A DNA stretch of 64,000 nucleotides from Eledone cirrhosa (lineage: Eukaryota): NCBI GenBank assembly GCA_964016885.1, contig OZ024757.1:11284001-11348000 (forward strand), read 5' to 3'. Position numbers and translations under genes: made by a program. The notes under the pieces are model-generated. The model had not been told where the DNA came from and did no database searches. It was given only the letters and a program-made list of their open reading frames with translations. Below are positions 1 through 10,869 of this stretch, in pieces (position 1 is the stretch's first letter; every line of letters begins with the position of its first letter).

Positions 1-199
1 GTGAATAATCGATTGCAAGACTAGTTTTACTGGATATTGTTTGTTTTTTTTCTGAAGATAGACCACCGTCTTTGCAGTTAATAAAGTTTTCACGGAACAT
101 GCTAACTCTGTAATCTATGATGTATTCTACTCTATTATAAATTATCTATTCTAGACGCCCGTATGAACATATTTTCTTGCAGCTGATGGAAATGAGCGT

Positions 200-271
200 A
201 TGGAATTGGTGGGCCCCCTTTAGATCGGATTCCCCCCCCCCCCCTGGCTTTAAAAGCTAGTTACGCCACTG
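200..271 (-). mobile_element. Probable terminus of a non-autonomous DNA transposon (hAT-like TIR)
   Basis: CTAGTTACGCCACTG at 257-271 is CAGTGGCGTAACTAG on the minus strand, next to GGGCCCCC/poly-C subterminal motifs. The partner TIR is not seen in the window. Confidence 0.35.
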
Positions 272-654
272 CTTCCAGCCCGATAAGTTGAGCACTCTAC
301 AGTTTCAGGAAATTAACTAACATACACCATGGACGTTTATGAATTGGATTATTCTATCAAAAATATACTTACTCCTTCCAACAAAATATACCTACTCCTC
401 TACAAAATTCCTTTTTGCCCGTTTTTTGCAGCCTCACTTTCATATTTCCTAAATTTTGTTTTCAAATCCATATTTAATAAAAACACCATGTTATTTATTC
501 CGACGACTGAAGACAGACACATCTGCCTTCAAAAAACCACTGGTAAATGAAATAATTATCTTATGTTGTTTATTACATAACTAATATATATATATATATA
601 TAAGTTAATAAAAACAATGAAATAAAAAAAAGAACAATTCCTTATATTAAAAAA

Positions 655-786
655 TTCATCATTTTACGATCGTTTCTGGGATATATGTGTGTGGTATGTA
701 TATCATGTTAAAGATCTATGTAAAAATTTTACAAATTATCAGAGAAAATATACCTTTACATACATGCTATCTTCAGAAATGGTGAA
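655..786 (-). ncRNA. Type I hammerhead ribozyme motif with long stem II
   Basis: Minus strand reads TTCACCATTT-CTGAAGA-(~95 nt stem II region)-GAAA-C-GATC-G-TA-AAATGATGAA. Stem I pairs, the stem III loop GATC is palindromic, and the cleavage triplet is GUA. Confidence 0.7.
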
Positions 787-908
787 GTATGTTTATTGAA
801 AAAAACACCTATCAACTTGACCTCTAACTCTTTTCCGTTGGTCAATTCAAAACCTGTTCCTAAACAGACTTTTTATATTAATTCTTTGTTTTTTTCAATA
901 AACACATC

Positions 909-1046
909 TCATCATTTCTGAAGACGGCATGTATATGTGAAAGTATGTATATCTTCTCTGATAATTTGTAATATTTTAAAATAGATCTTTAACATGATAT
1001 ATATACCACACACATATATATCCCAGAAACGATTGTAAAATGAGGA
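909..1046 (+). ncRNA. Type I hammerhead ribozyme motif with long stem II
   Basis: TCATCATTT-CTGAAGA(918-924)-(~100 nt)-GAAA(1026-1029)-C-GATT-G-TA-AAATGAGGA. Mirror copy of the 655-786 motif. Confidence 0.65.
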
Positions 1047-1239
1047 ATTTTTTAATATAAGGAACTTGTTCTTTGTTTTTATTTCATTGTTTTTATTCAT
1101 TTATTTTGACTCTGTTTTCCTATGACATTTATCGTAAATTTTTGAATGCATCTTCTCTTTTCACGATATCTTCTATATTTGGATTACATTGAGTTCTTCA
1201 TACGGATTGGACACTACCGTATAGTTTGGTAGATTTATC

Positions 1240-1282
<43 letters not shown>

Positions 1283-1411
1283 GTGAGGTTTTTTTTACAA
1301 AATGAAAAATAACCGGTGTCCTACACGAGTGAAAGTATAAAGAAAAAGAGATGAAATCGAAAATGCAACTGGAGTCTTATTTAAAAAAAAAATATATTTA
1401 TTTATTTGGTT

Positions 1412-1449
1412 CCTTTACCGGTTTCGCAGTTCTTCTGCTTTTCAAAAGG
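1412..1449 (-). ncRNA. Minimal type I hammerhead ribozyme (U3/A8 core variant)
   Basis: Minus strand: CCTT-TTGAAAA-GCAG-aagaa-CTGC-GAAA-C-CG-G-TA-AAGG, then AATAAA. All three stems close. Confidence 0.7.
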
Positions 1450-1745
1450 TGAGTTGAGATGGAGGGTCTGTGGTTTTCTCAGACCCTCCATCTCAACTCA
1501 CCTTTGAAGAGGTCACAGAGTGTGTGACGAAAGAACTATGACAATATATAAACAACTATCTGGTTTTGGAACCAACCAACCAACCAGAAATTTATAAATT
1601 TATTATAAATTTATTATAATAAATTGAAGTGAAAGCAACTGGTGCGTGTGTTTCTTATTGGCAACATGACCCTCCCAAAGTATAACAATATCGGTTTCAA
1701 AACACGATTTCAGATAAAGAATCTTGCTAAACAAATTCAGAAACG

Positions 1746-1796
<51 letters not shown>

Positions 1797-2309
1797 CACA
1801 TATATGTCCTTCTTCCTCTTATGTCGTCTATGGCTGATATCTCTAGCATGTTTATATATATGTCCTTCATTTTCTCTTGAGCTCCCATTCTCCTCCAAAA
1901 GTGTGTGTCTGAGTGTGTAAAATGCAAACCCTGAAAATATTTGTAATGATATAAAAACGAAGGACATGCTAGAAAGAGCAGCTAAATCACATAAAATATT
2001 TAAAAAAAAAAACGAAGGGCAGATATACATGCTAGAAATAGCAGTCAAATACCAACAATCAAGACCAAATAAATTGCACACCCGCAGCATTTTTGTCTCG
2101 ACTTTTGCAATTAAGTAAGACAAGAGTTACCTTTCTTGGCAAACATCTCGGGGGTTTTTTACATTTAATTTTCTATTGTTTAAAATATTTTCACTGATTT
2201 TAAGCCAAAGTTTTTTAATGACTGCCACTTCCGGTTTGTGTTGTGCGTCTACAGGACAGCAGTAAACCTGCTAGAAATAGTAGTCACAGCAACACATATA
2301 TTTATATAT

Positions 2310-2640
2310 CAGGGATTCCCAACGAGGGGTGCACGCCCCACAAGGGGCAATTTGAATATAATAGGGGTCAATATGAAAGTGATATAATACGACCAAACTT
2401 CCAGTTACACTTCGTCTACACATGTTATCGTGTATCGGGCACCTACGAGAAGTTTGTTTAGATTTTGGAGATTGTTTTGATCATCGCTGCATCGTAGCTT
2501 TGTTTAAATAAAGGGTTTCTACTTTATATTACAGTAATAACACCTTTACAAGACTCAGATTGTTTTTATATTAAAGGGGGACATAAACATATTTTAAATG
2601 TTGAGGTGGGGCATGGTGCAGAAAAGGTTGGGGACCAGTG
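2310..2640. mobile_element. hAT/Charlie-type MITE
   Basis: Imperfect TIRs CAGGGATTCCCAAC ... GTTGGGGACCAGTG, flanked by near-identical 8-mers TTATATAT/ATATATAT. Confidence 0.55.
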
Positions 2641-2730
2641 ATATATATTTATTTATGTCCTTCTTTCTGTTGTTTTTTAAACTCTAAACTCATCATTGTT
2701 CTGTTGTTCTCTGGGATTCTAGCATGTGTG

Positions 2731-2761
<31 letters not shown>

Positions 2762-2764
2762 TTT

Positions 2765-3316
2765 GATAGTTACGGAGTAGGTAGACCCAGAAAAACCTGG
2801 GACGATCTGATAAATTCCGACCTTACACACTTACACCTCTCTAAGACAATATCACTGGACCGGGAGTTTTGGCGCTACGCAGTAATACAGAAGACCCGCC
2901 TTGCCTATGTACAAAGCGAAACCTACAGTCAGTAGGCACCTCTTAACCAAATATACACCCCAATCCACTATCCCTACCCTATCCTCCCACTCCCACCACC
3001 TCTCTTTGTAAAGTTGGTACCACAACATCCAGTCCAAATATATGAGATAATGAGATCGAGATCGTGTGGGTGTCACGACAAAAAAACACACGGTCCACGC
3101 TGTAATGTGGCCATGTAGGTAACACAGTAATAAGTTCCCAGTCCACACTGTAAATGTGGTTGGTGTTAGGAAGGGCATCCAGCCGTAGAAAACCTGACAG
3201 ATAGTCCTATATGAGCGAGACACGGTCGTCTGCCCAACCTTGCCTCAAGTGGGACAACTCCCGTCTAACCCATGCTAGCGTGGTAGATGGACATTAAACG
3301 AAGATGATGATGATGA
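2765..3316 (+). mobile_element. RTE-clade LINE, 5'-truncated 3' end (family A)
   Basis: GRPRKTWDDLINSDL...DREFW C-terminus, shared 3' UTR and (GAT)n tail, between (TA)n tracts. Confidence 0.85.
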
Positions 3317-4434
3317 TATATATATATATATGGCAGTCAACCTCACTTGGCACAGACTCGAAAAAATCGTGATCCTTGGGGTTATAATTAGACTAAAGTG
3401 CTTCCACTGGGCACCATAAGCTGGTTGTGATCGTTGGAGACTGCTCTGGTGGGCCTAAAACTAAAAGATATATATATATAGCTGTTGAAACGGCCGGAGC
3501 TCAGCCGTCGGGGTCCTGAATATTTTCATATATATATATATGTGTTCTGCGACATTTATAATTACATAAGCAAGCATCTAATTATTTGAATAACAAAATT
3601 TCAGGTTTAAATACTTTATTTTTTACCAATAACATTAAGAAAGGCATGAACAACACCACATGTTAATTACTTCAATATTGAAAGTAGGTTTATGAATATT
3701 AAATTTCAGTAGTTTCTTATAACCTTCATGGTGGTCTGGTGGGAGATACCAGAGATGGTGGAGGTCCTGCTCTGGGGTTCAATCCTGGTCAGGAGATACT
3801 CTAAGGGGGTTCATACTAAACTTCTTCAGTGTTTCTTATCTCTAGAGACAAATATATATACATAAGGTAATCTGGTAAAGTTGTTAGAACATCACATAGA
3901 ATTCTTTGTAGTATTTTTTCCAGTTCTTTAATCTGAGGTCAACTTTACCTTTCTTCCATTCGGGGTTGATAATAAAGTACCAGTCAAATACTAGGGGTTA
4001 ATTCTTCCTCTATATCTCACTCTCTGTCTTTCTCTGGAAGAAATCTGTTTTATTCCGACCTGGAGAAGTTTTTATTCTAGAGAGAAAGAGAGACTTTTGT
4101 TATGTATTTAAACGTAAATTTTTTCACTGGACTTTGAATTCCTTTTTCTTCTCTTTAGATTGAATAAACCTTAACATTTTACGTCTACAATTATATTTAC
4201 CTTAACTCCTGTTAATCTTTACAGTCAAGGACCTGTTTATACTCCATCATATAAACACATCAATCTTGTTTTGTTTTTCTTGCACTGATGGAGTCATAGG
4301 GGTGTCACTGTTGACATTTGAAGCTTGGTGGAGCCCTTCACTCACCAGGTTGGAACAGATGATTTCTTCCAGAGAAGGAGAGAAAATGAAAGAGAGGAAG
4401 TGAGAAAGAAATATAGAGAGGATGAACAGACCCC

Positions 4435-4760
4435 TGTGGTAGACTGGTACTTTTTTGTTATCAACCTTGAATGGATGAAAGGCAAAGTTGACCTCAGCAG
4501 GATTTAAACTCAGAGAGCTAAGAACCAGAACAAATATGGCAGAAAGCATTCTATCTATTGTTTTATGGACATTAAATAAATGTTTCTACTTTTAACTCAA
4601 CCCCAGTGCATTACTGGTACTTTATTTTACTGAACCTCTGAGGAAGAAGAGTAAAGCTAACCTCAGCAGGATTTTACTACAGAACGTAAAGGGATGTAAC
4701 TATATGACACAAAGCATATCGTCTGACACTCTACTGATTCTGCCAATCCACCACCATCAC
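4435..4760 (-). mobile_element. tRNA-derived SINE copies (two adjacent, degenerate)
   Basis: Reverse complement of GAGGTCAACTTTGCCTTTCATCC...AAAGTACCAG core and of the GGTGGATTGGCAGAATCAGTAGAG head. Same family as 11769-11956. Confidence 0.65.
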
Positions 4761-5136
4761 CAATAAAATAAGATTGTGTCTTTATAAGAAACCTTAATGA
4801 CAAATAATATGAAGTAGAACTTTCTACAGGGTGTATTTGTGGATTACAATACAAAACCTCTGAGAATGATTTCTAACATATTTCCCGAAAATAAATGTTC
4901 ATTAATATATATTAATATAATTATTATTTATTAGGTCAGGTGGATTTGCCAGAACAATTGTACTCTTCTTTTTTAGATGTCATGATCTTCCATGACATTC
5001 CTGAGATCATTAATCTGCAGCTGGACATCCAGAGACATCTGATCTATGTAGGTCAATCTCAGTCATCCCACTAGGGTCTTACTATGTTTAGGTATCCACC
5101 ACAGGAGCCAGCTCATCAGGTCATACTACCCTCAGT

Positions 5137-5187
<51 letters not shown>

Positions 5188-5239
5188 CAGACACACATAT
5201 ATATATTTATTTTCTTCTTTCCAGAGTGTGTTTGTATAT

Positions 5240-5528
5240 TTGTGTGTTTCACATTTCACAGTGATGGGGTTTATCACTAGTGTTGACTACATTTGTGAAC
5301 AACCAGTGAAGAATTCCATGTGAAAGATTTCTCACATATTTCATAATGGAAGGGTTTTTCACCAGTGTGACTCCGTATGTGGATGACATGTTTAGAATTA
5401 TAAGTGAAAGATTTCCCACATATTTCACAATGGAAGGGTTTTTTTCCAGTGTGTATTTTCTCGTGTGAGGTTAGATTCAGTTTTGAAGAGAAAGTTTTCC
5501 TGCAAATCTCACAGCTATATTCAGACAT
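5240..5528 (-). pseudogene. C2H2 zinc-finger pseudogene (about 3-4 fingers, degenerate)
   Basis: CEICRKTF..HEKIH-TGKKPF-HCEICGKSF..HIRSH-TGEKPF-HYEIC. The third finger has lost a Cys and the frame then breaks; further finger-like DNA continues out of frame to ~5240. Confidence 0.75.
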
Positions 5529-5780
5529 ATTTCTAGCTAGTGATCTTTACATAAAGGATTCTCACCACTTCTACTCATACATTAAGATATGTAGATATGG
5601 TTAATATATACCATGTAGTCTAATATACAAAGGGTCCATAAAAGACTGCAGAACTCTGCTTTCTTCTTCTACAAAGTTGTAATGTAGCATTTAGTTGGTA
5701 CAAGTAATAAGACATATGACAGCGTAAGACTGATCTTGGATGGAGAAAAAGAAAGTGCTTATATATATATATATATATAT

Positions 5781-5965
5781 CATCATCATCACCGTTTTAG
5801 GTCCGTTCTTCCACGCTAGCATGGGTTAGGTGGGTTTTCCTGTTGTGGGCAGTGTCCGGTCAGCTGACCTTGTTTTGCTCATACGGGAACTGATTCTGGC
5901 TTGATTTCTACAGCTGGATGCCCTTCCTAACACCAACCTCATTTACAGTGAGTGCTGGGTGCTTT
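5781..5965 (-). mobile_element. RTE LINE 3' UTR fragment (family C)
   Basis: (CAT)n tail abutting (TA)n. Reverse complement of the 20590-20778 UTR. Confidence 0.75.
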
Positions 5966-6974
5966 TTATCTATCTATATATATATAAGTGATTATTGTGG
6001 AGTATACCACTATTATTTTTGCTAAGGTGAGAGAAGCTCTATTCATACTAAAATCCTCAGCTCATAAAACAAACGAATAAGACTTCTATAGTTAAGGTTC
6101 TTGTTATTGAGGACGTTCAGGTGACAAGAGAATTAATATTCATAATTTCAAAAGACGAAGGTTAATATATATACATATATATAAATAGACATACAGTGTG
6201 TACGTATGAAAGAGAGAAGTAGACGTGTGTGTGTGTGTGTACGCATTGTAATAATCAAGATATTTCACTTTAGATACTAGAAAAGTTCACAATGTTTGTG
6301 TTGTGGTGGAAAATGAAATAATACGTACTCTAGTTGTCAAATAAAGTCAAGAAAATTTAGTAAAAACTAATTATTCACTGATTTCTGATTATAAAAGCAT
6401 TTTCCTGGCCTGTAAAATGAGCAGATGGCAGAAGTTAGGCAGCCTGCTGTTTCTTGTTATGTAATTCTACCAGAATCTCTTTGGGAGCCTTCGAGATGTT
6501 GGTCGAGGCAGTGTTGATCTGGTTCTCTATCAGTGTGGGCGTAACTTCAGTGACGTCCGAGTAGAGACTGTCCTAGTTGAGATGTTGGTGGGCTCGGTTG
6601 TTGTAGGCCTCTCTGGTAATAACACAAAACTCTTTTCCCTTGTCCGATGAGAGGTATACAAGGTTCTTACATCTGAGGTTAACTTAGGGTAGCGAGTTGT
6701 GGTCTGGAGAGGTTGTGGCGAGTATGGGTGTGTTTTTGTAGGATCTCGAGAATAAATTCTCACAGTTAAAACTTACCATGACTAACATCCTACAAAAACA
6801 TACACATACTCCCCACAACCTCTCCAGAGGTGAAAGCAGTGATTCTTTGCTTAAACTTTAATCTGTTCTTATAATATATATATAACCAAGTGGAAAGATA
6901 TATACATATACCTTTTCACTTGGTTATATATACAGAGAGAGAAAGAGCCAAATATTGTGTAAGATATATGATAT

Positions 6975-7026
6975 ATGGGTCTTTCTCTCTCTATATATAT
7001 ATATATATTTGTATTTGGTTGTTATG

Positions 7027-7083
<57 letters not shown>

Positions 7084-7095
7084 TTGGTTATTATG

Positions 7096-7134
<39 letters not shown>

Positions 7135-7259
7135 CTTTATATTTGGTTGTTATGTCTCTCTCTCTATATATATATATTTGGTTGTTATGTCTCTCTGTCG
7201 CTCTATATATATATATATATATATCTTTATATTTGGTTGGTATGTCTCTCTCTCTCTCG

Positions 7260-7313
<54 letters not shown>

Positions 7314-7346
7314 TTATATTTGGTTGGTATGTCTCTCTCTCTCTCG

Positions 7347-7408
<62 letters not shown>
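6975..7408. repeat. Compound minisatellite TTGGTTGTTATG(TC)n(TA)n
   Basis: About 8 units with variable TC/TA tract lengths. Continues on the other side of the Penelope insertion. Confidence 0.9.
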
Positions 7409-7416
<8 letters not shown>

Positions 7417-7448
7417 AGATCAAAAGATGGTTAAAGGAGTTCCATGTA

Positions 7449-7515
7449 TTTTATTATGCGCATTTCAAAAACAAACATCATCATGCAATAATATTTGTGT
7501 TTTCATCAGATAAAA
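7449..7515 (-). ncRNA. Minimal type I hammerhead ribozyme in 3' pLTR
   Basis: Reverse complement of the 10557-10623 motif. Confidence 0.85.
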
Positions 7516-8333
7516 CAGGAGGACATGATATGAAGGCTAAAAAACACTTGTGGATAGTGCAGTTTTAAATCAACATATGAAAAGTAATTTTAGATTGATG
7601 TGTGATATTGGGAAAATATTTTGTTTAGAGAGGGGGGTTGGAAAGGATGAAAAAAAGGGGAGGAGATGAGAGTGAAGGTGGAGAGGGAGAGATGGGTGAT
7701 AGAGAGAAAGAGATAGTTTTTATAACTGAGAAAAGATATATTGTTTTACATAGAGAGGTTGAAAACCGTTGGAAGATAATGTATAAATTAAAAGAATTTG
7801 AAAATTAACGAAGGGAAAAATATGTACGAAGAAGGAGAGGGAGTTAATATGTATTGAGATTAAAAAGTTTGATGATAGAGAGAAAAGAATAATGTATTGC
7901 GGATGAATATTCTAACGTCAAAAAAAATTGTGTGTATGTTTACAAGTATTATGGAAATTTGAAAATTAACGAAGAGAAAAAATTATTAAGGTTTGTGTAT
8001 TGAAGGATTTGAGAAAAATAATGTGAAGTTAAGGTTTGTATATTGAAGGAATTGATAATATGTGCGAAGAAAGAGTTAATATGTATTAAGAATGAGTTAG
8101 ATGATGGGGAGAAAAAAAATAATAAATTAAGGATGAATAATCTAGCGTCAAAAACAAATGTATATGTTACGAAGGATTTTACAAGGTGAAGATAGAGTGA
8201 GGGTAATGAGTAAACAAGTATTATAGAGTGTATAATACCCTTTGAAGTAAGGTAGGAAGATGGGTATATTTTAAAAGAGGTGTATGTATATGTGCCTTTG
8301 AGAAAAGATTCTAAATTGATAAAGAATTGAATA

Positions 8334-10169
8334 TTAGCTGTATACTTTGTGAAAAGTCTTATGGAATTTATGCAAGCAGATAGAAAACAAATCTGTACGT
8401 CTATTTATTATAGAATCTAGATTAGAGATAATGGTAAATTTTTCATTTAGGCAGAGATTACAGATTTTAGATAGAGAGCTGTTCAAGTATGAAGACGCAG
8501 AAGAAACCTTCTTCCAAAAGATGGTATATTTAATGTTTTTGTCTTTCAAGGACCATATGAGTTCTGAGAGAGCCGTGTTGGTTCTTTTAAGTTTGTATTT
8601 AAAAGATGAATGATGATTATAGAGACGAGCTTTAAAAGAGGTGGAAGTGGAGCCAAAATAGGTGAAGGAATTGGTGCTAGTTATAACTTTACATTCATAA
8701 ATTAAGTTTTTATCAAGGCAATGGTTGTTGAGAGGACATTTATTTTTAATGCGGCAGTTGCAATTAGAGAGATTATTAATGAGTGACCTAGTGTTATCTA
8801 TAGAAGGAATTGGATTGGAGAAGTTGTTTGCGATAGGAATAATAGTTTCTTGATTTAGAGTTGGATTATGAACATTTAGCGAAGTTGTGTTTGACGTTGT
8901 ATTTGGGTTTACAGAAATTAGCCTAGGGTTTACAATGACGTCGGGAGTACTATTACTGTTATTATGAAATTCAGTGTTGGAAGGAAGAGATTTAGTATTT
9001 AGTATTTTATTGTTGTGTTTAGAGATAATGTTGGAAATATTGGAGGATGTAGAATAAGAAAATTTTATGGTGTGTTTGTTAAATATTTTACTATAGATAT
9101 GTGAGGGAGGGAAGCATTTATTTAAGGCACTAAAGAATAATTTAGGAATATTGTTATTAATAGAGATGGAGAAAGGAGCATTATACCAGATTATGTTTTT
9201 GTATCTAGGTCTTTTATTAAAGTTATTGGAATGATCATGATTAATTATTCTACTGTAAGTTTTTCTAGAATTTGTTTCTTTACTATATTTGATTTTATCA
9301 GGATAGCCGGCTTTATAAAGTGCGTTATTATAGTAATTGGCGTTAGCATCAAAGATGTTTTTATTAGAAGATATGTTAGATATTCTTTTTCCAATATTAC
9401 TAACTATAGCATTCTTGATATTGGTAGGATGGTTAGATTTAAAGTTAACATAATTTAGGTTCTCATTGTTTTTATGGTAAGGGTAATATAGGCCAGTGTC
9501 AAGATTAAGAGATACATCCAAGAAATTAGCTAGTTTGATACTGTTATCAAATTCAATTTTTAGGTTATTAAAGAGATTACGTATATTGTTCTTAATAATA
9601 TTAAGGTTAACTATATTGCAATTTAAGATAGTAAAGAGTCCATCGTCACGATAAATTCCACCGCGAAGTTGAGGAATTTTCCGACTCAAAGAGTTCAAAA
9701 TAAAGATACCAATTAAATCAGTCAATTGGGATGAATCGGATGCTCCCATTGTGATGTCGAAGTTGTTAGAGGTATCGGCTCTGGTCCAATATTCGTTGTT
9801 GAACTCTAGGATGGTTTTACGTGCGGTGAGGATGATGTGAAGTTCATCTGTGGTGATGTCAGAATATTTAAGTGCGAAAGATAGAGCATTATTGAGAAGT
9901 GAAGGCGAAATGGAGGAATAGTAGCTGGCAATATCAAATTGAATAAATTTTAGTTTGTTTTTATTATCCAATTTGTTGAACCAGCCAATCACTTCAGAAG
10001 TACCAAACCATAAATTTAGGTTCAAAGAAGAGCAATTAGAACTAACCTGTGGGATAATTCTATCCAAGATGGCTTTACTAACAACCCCCAGATCAGATTT
10101 AGAGGGGGCGATTAATCTAACAGGTAGTTCAGTGCGAAAATTGTTTTTGTGATCCGTTAGAATATTCAT
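8334..10169 (-). CDS. Penelope-like reverse transcriptase + GIY-YIG endonuclease (N-terminally truncated, frame open)
   Basis: DHK..RLIAPSKSDLG, FDIASYYSSI, FDITMGA, GIYRDDGL, FLDVSLNL, CNCx5CPLxxxC, NLIYECK..YFGST..FKARLYNH, CNLCLNEK..CLH. No internal stops. Confidence 0.9.
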   Translation of the reverse strand: MNILTDHKNNFRTELPVRLIAPSKSDLGVVSKAILDRIIPQVSSNCSSLNLNLWFGTSEVIGWFNKLDNKNKLKFIQFDIASYYSSISPSLLNNALSFALKYSDITTDELHIILTARKTILEFNNEYWTRADTSNNFDITMGASDSSQLTDLIGIFILNSLSRKIPQLRGGIYRDDGLFTILNCNIVNLNIIKNNIRNLFNNLKIEFDNSIKLANFLDVSLNLDTGLYYPYHKNNENLNYVNFKSNHPTNIKNAIVSNIGKRISNISSNKNIFDANANYYNNALYKAGYPDKIKYSKETNSRKTYSRIINHDHSNNFNKRPRYKNIIWYNAPFSISINNNIPKLFFSALNKCFPPSHIYSKIFNKHTIKFSYSTSSNISNIISKHNNKILNTKSLPSNTEFHNNSNSTPDVIVNPRLISVNPNTTSNTTSLNVHNPTLNQETIIPIANNFSNPIPSIDNTRSLINNLSNCNCRIKNKCPLNNHCLDKNLIYECKVITSTNSFTYFGSTSTSFKARLYNHHSSFKYKLKRTNTALSELIWSLKDKNIKYTIFWKKVSSASSYLNSSLSKICNLCLNEKFTIISNLDSIINRRTDLFSICLHKFHKTFHKVYS

Positions 10170-10556
10170 CCGCAATACATTATTCTTTTCTCTCTATCAT
10201 CAAACTTTTTAATCTCAATACATATTAACTCCCTCTCCTTCTTCGTACATATTTTTCCCTTCGTTAATTTTCAAATTCTTTTAATTTATACATTATCTTC
10301 CAACGGTTTTCAACCTCTCTATGTAAAACAATATATCTTTTCTCAGTTATAAAAACTATCTCTTTCTCTCTATCACCCATCTCTCCCTCTCCACCTTCAC
10401 TCTCATCTCCTCCCCTTTTTTTCATCCTTTCCACCCCCCCTCTCTAAACAAAATATTTTCCCAATATCACACATCAATCTAAAATTACTTTTCATATGTT
10501 GATTTAAAACTGCACTATCCACAAGTGTTTTTTAGCCTTAATATCATGTCCTCCTG

Positions 10557-10623
10557 TTTTATCTGATGAAAACACAAATATTATTGCATGATGATGTTTG
10601 TTTTTGAAATGCGCATAATAAAA
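10557..10623 (+). ncRNA. Minimal type I hammerhead ribozyme in inverted pLTR
   Basis: TTTTAT-CTGATGA-(16-bp stem II, 10570-10605)-GAAA-T-GCGC-A-TA-ATAAAA. Palindromic GCGC loop, AUA triplet, 6-bp stem I. Confidence 0.85.
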
Positions 10624-10751
10624 TACATGGAACTCCTTTAACCATCTTTTGATCTTATATATTATGTATACTCCAGTCCTACAAACTGTAGAGTGCTTCT
10701 TATCCGATATCTGCATTGCTTTATTGTACTACAATAAAACTCACCTCCTAC

Positions 10752-10777
10752 ATATATATATATATATGGTTGTTATG

Positions 10778-10808
<31 letters not shown>

Positions 10809-10828
10809 CTTTATATTTGGTTGTTATG

Positions 10829-10869
<41 letters not shown>

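Larger units (their letters stand above)
606..1098. mobile_element. Foldback element: two inverted ~200-bp Penelope pLTR-like arms, each with a hammerhead motif
   Basis: 606-807 is the imperfect reverse complement of 888-1098, with an ~80 bp spacer. It starts right after a (TA)n tract. Confidence 0.75.
7409..10750 (-). mobile_element. Penelope-like retroelement (Naiad-type), 5'-truncated with inverted pLTR
   Basis: RT+GIY-YIG ORF. 7409-7917 is the reverse complement of 10155-10664 with about 2 mismatches seen. The right arm has an extra ~85 bp tail and both arms carry a hammerhead. Confidence 0.92.

Noticed and set aside
6890-7568. Long overlapping ORFs rich in YI/SL (also 10649-11508, 1642-1927)
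   Set aside because: They are translations of (TA)n/(TC)n microsatellites that lack stops; not genes.
8334-10169. Selenoprotein-type Naiad (in-frame UGA for Cys)
   Set aside because: The ORF has no internal UGA; the conserved Cys positions are ordinary Cys codons.
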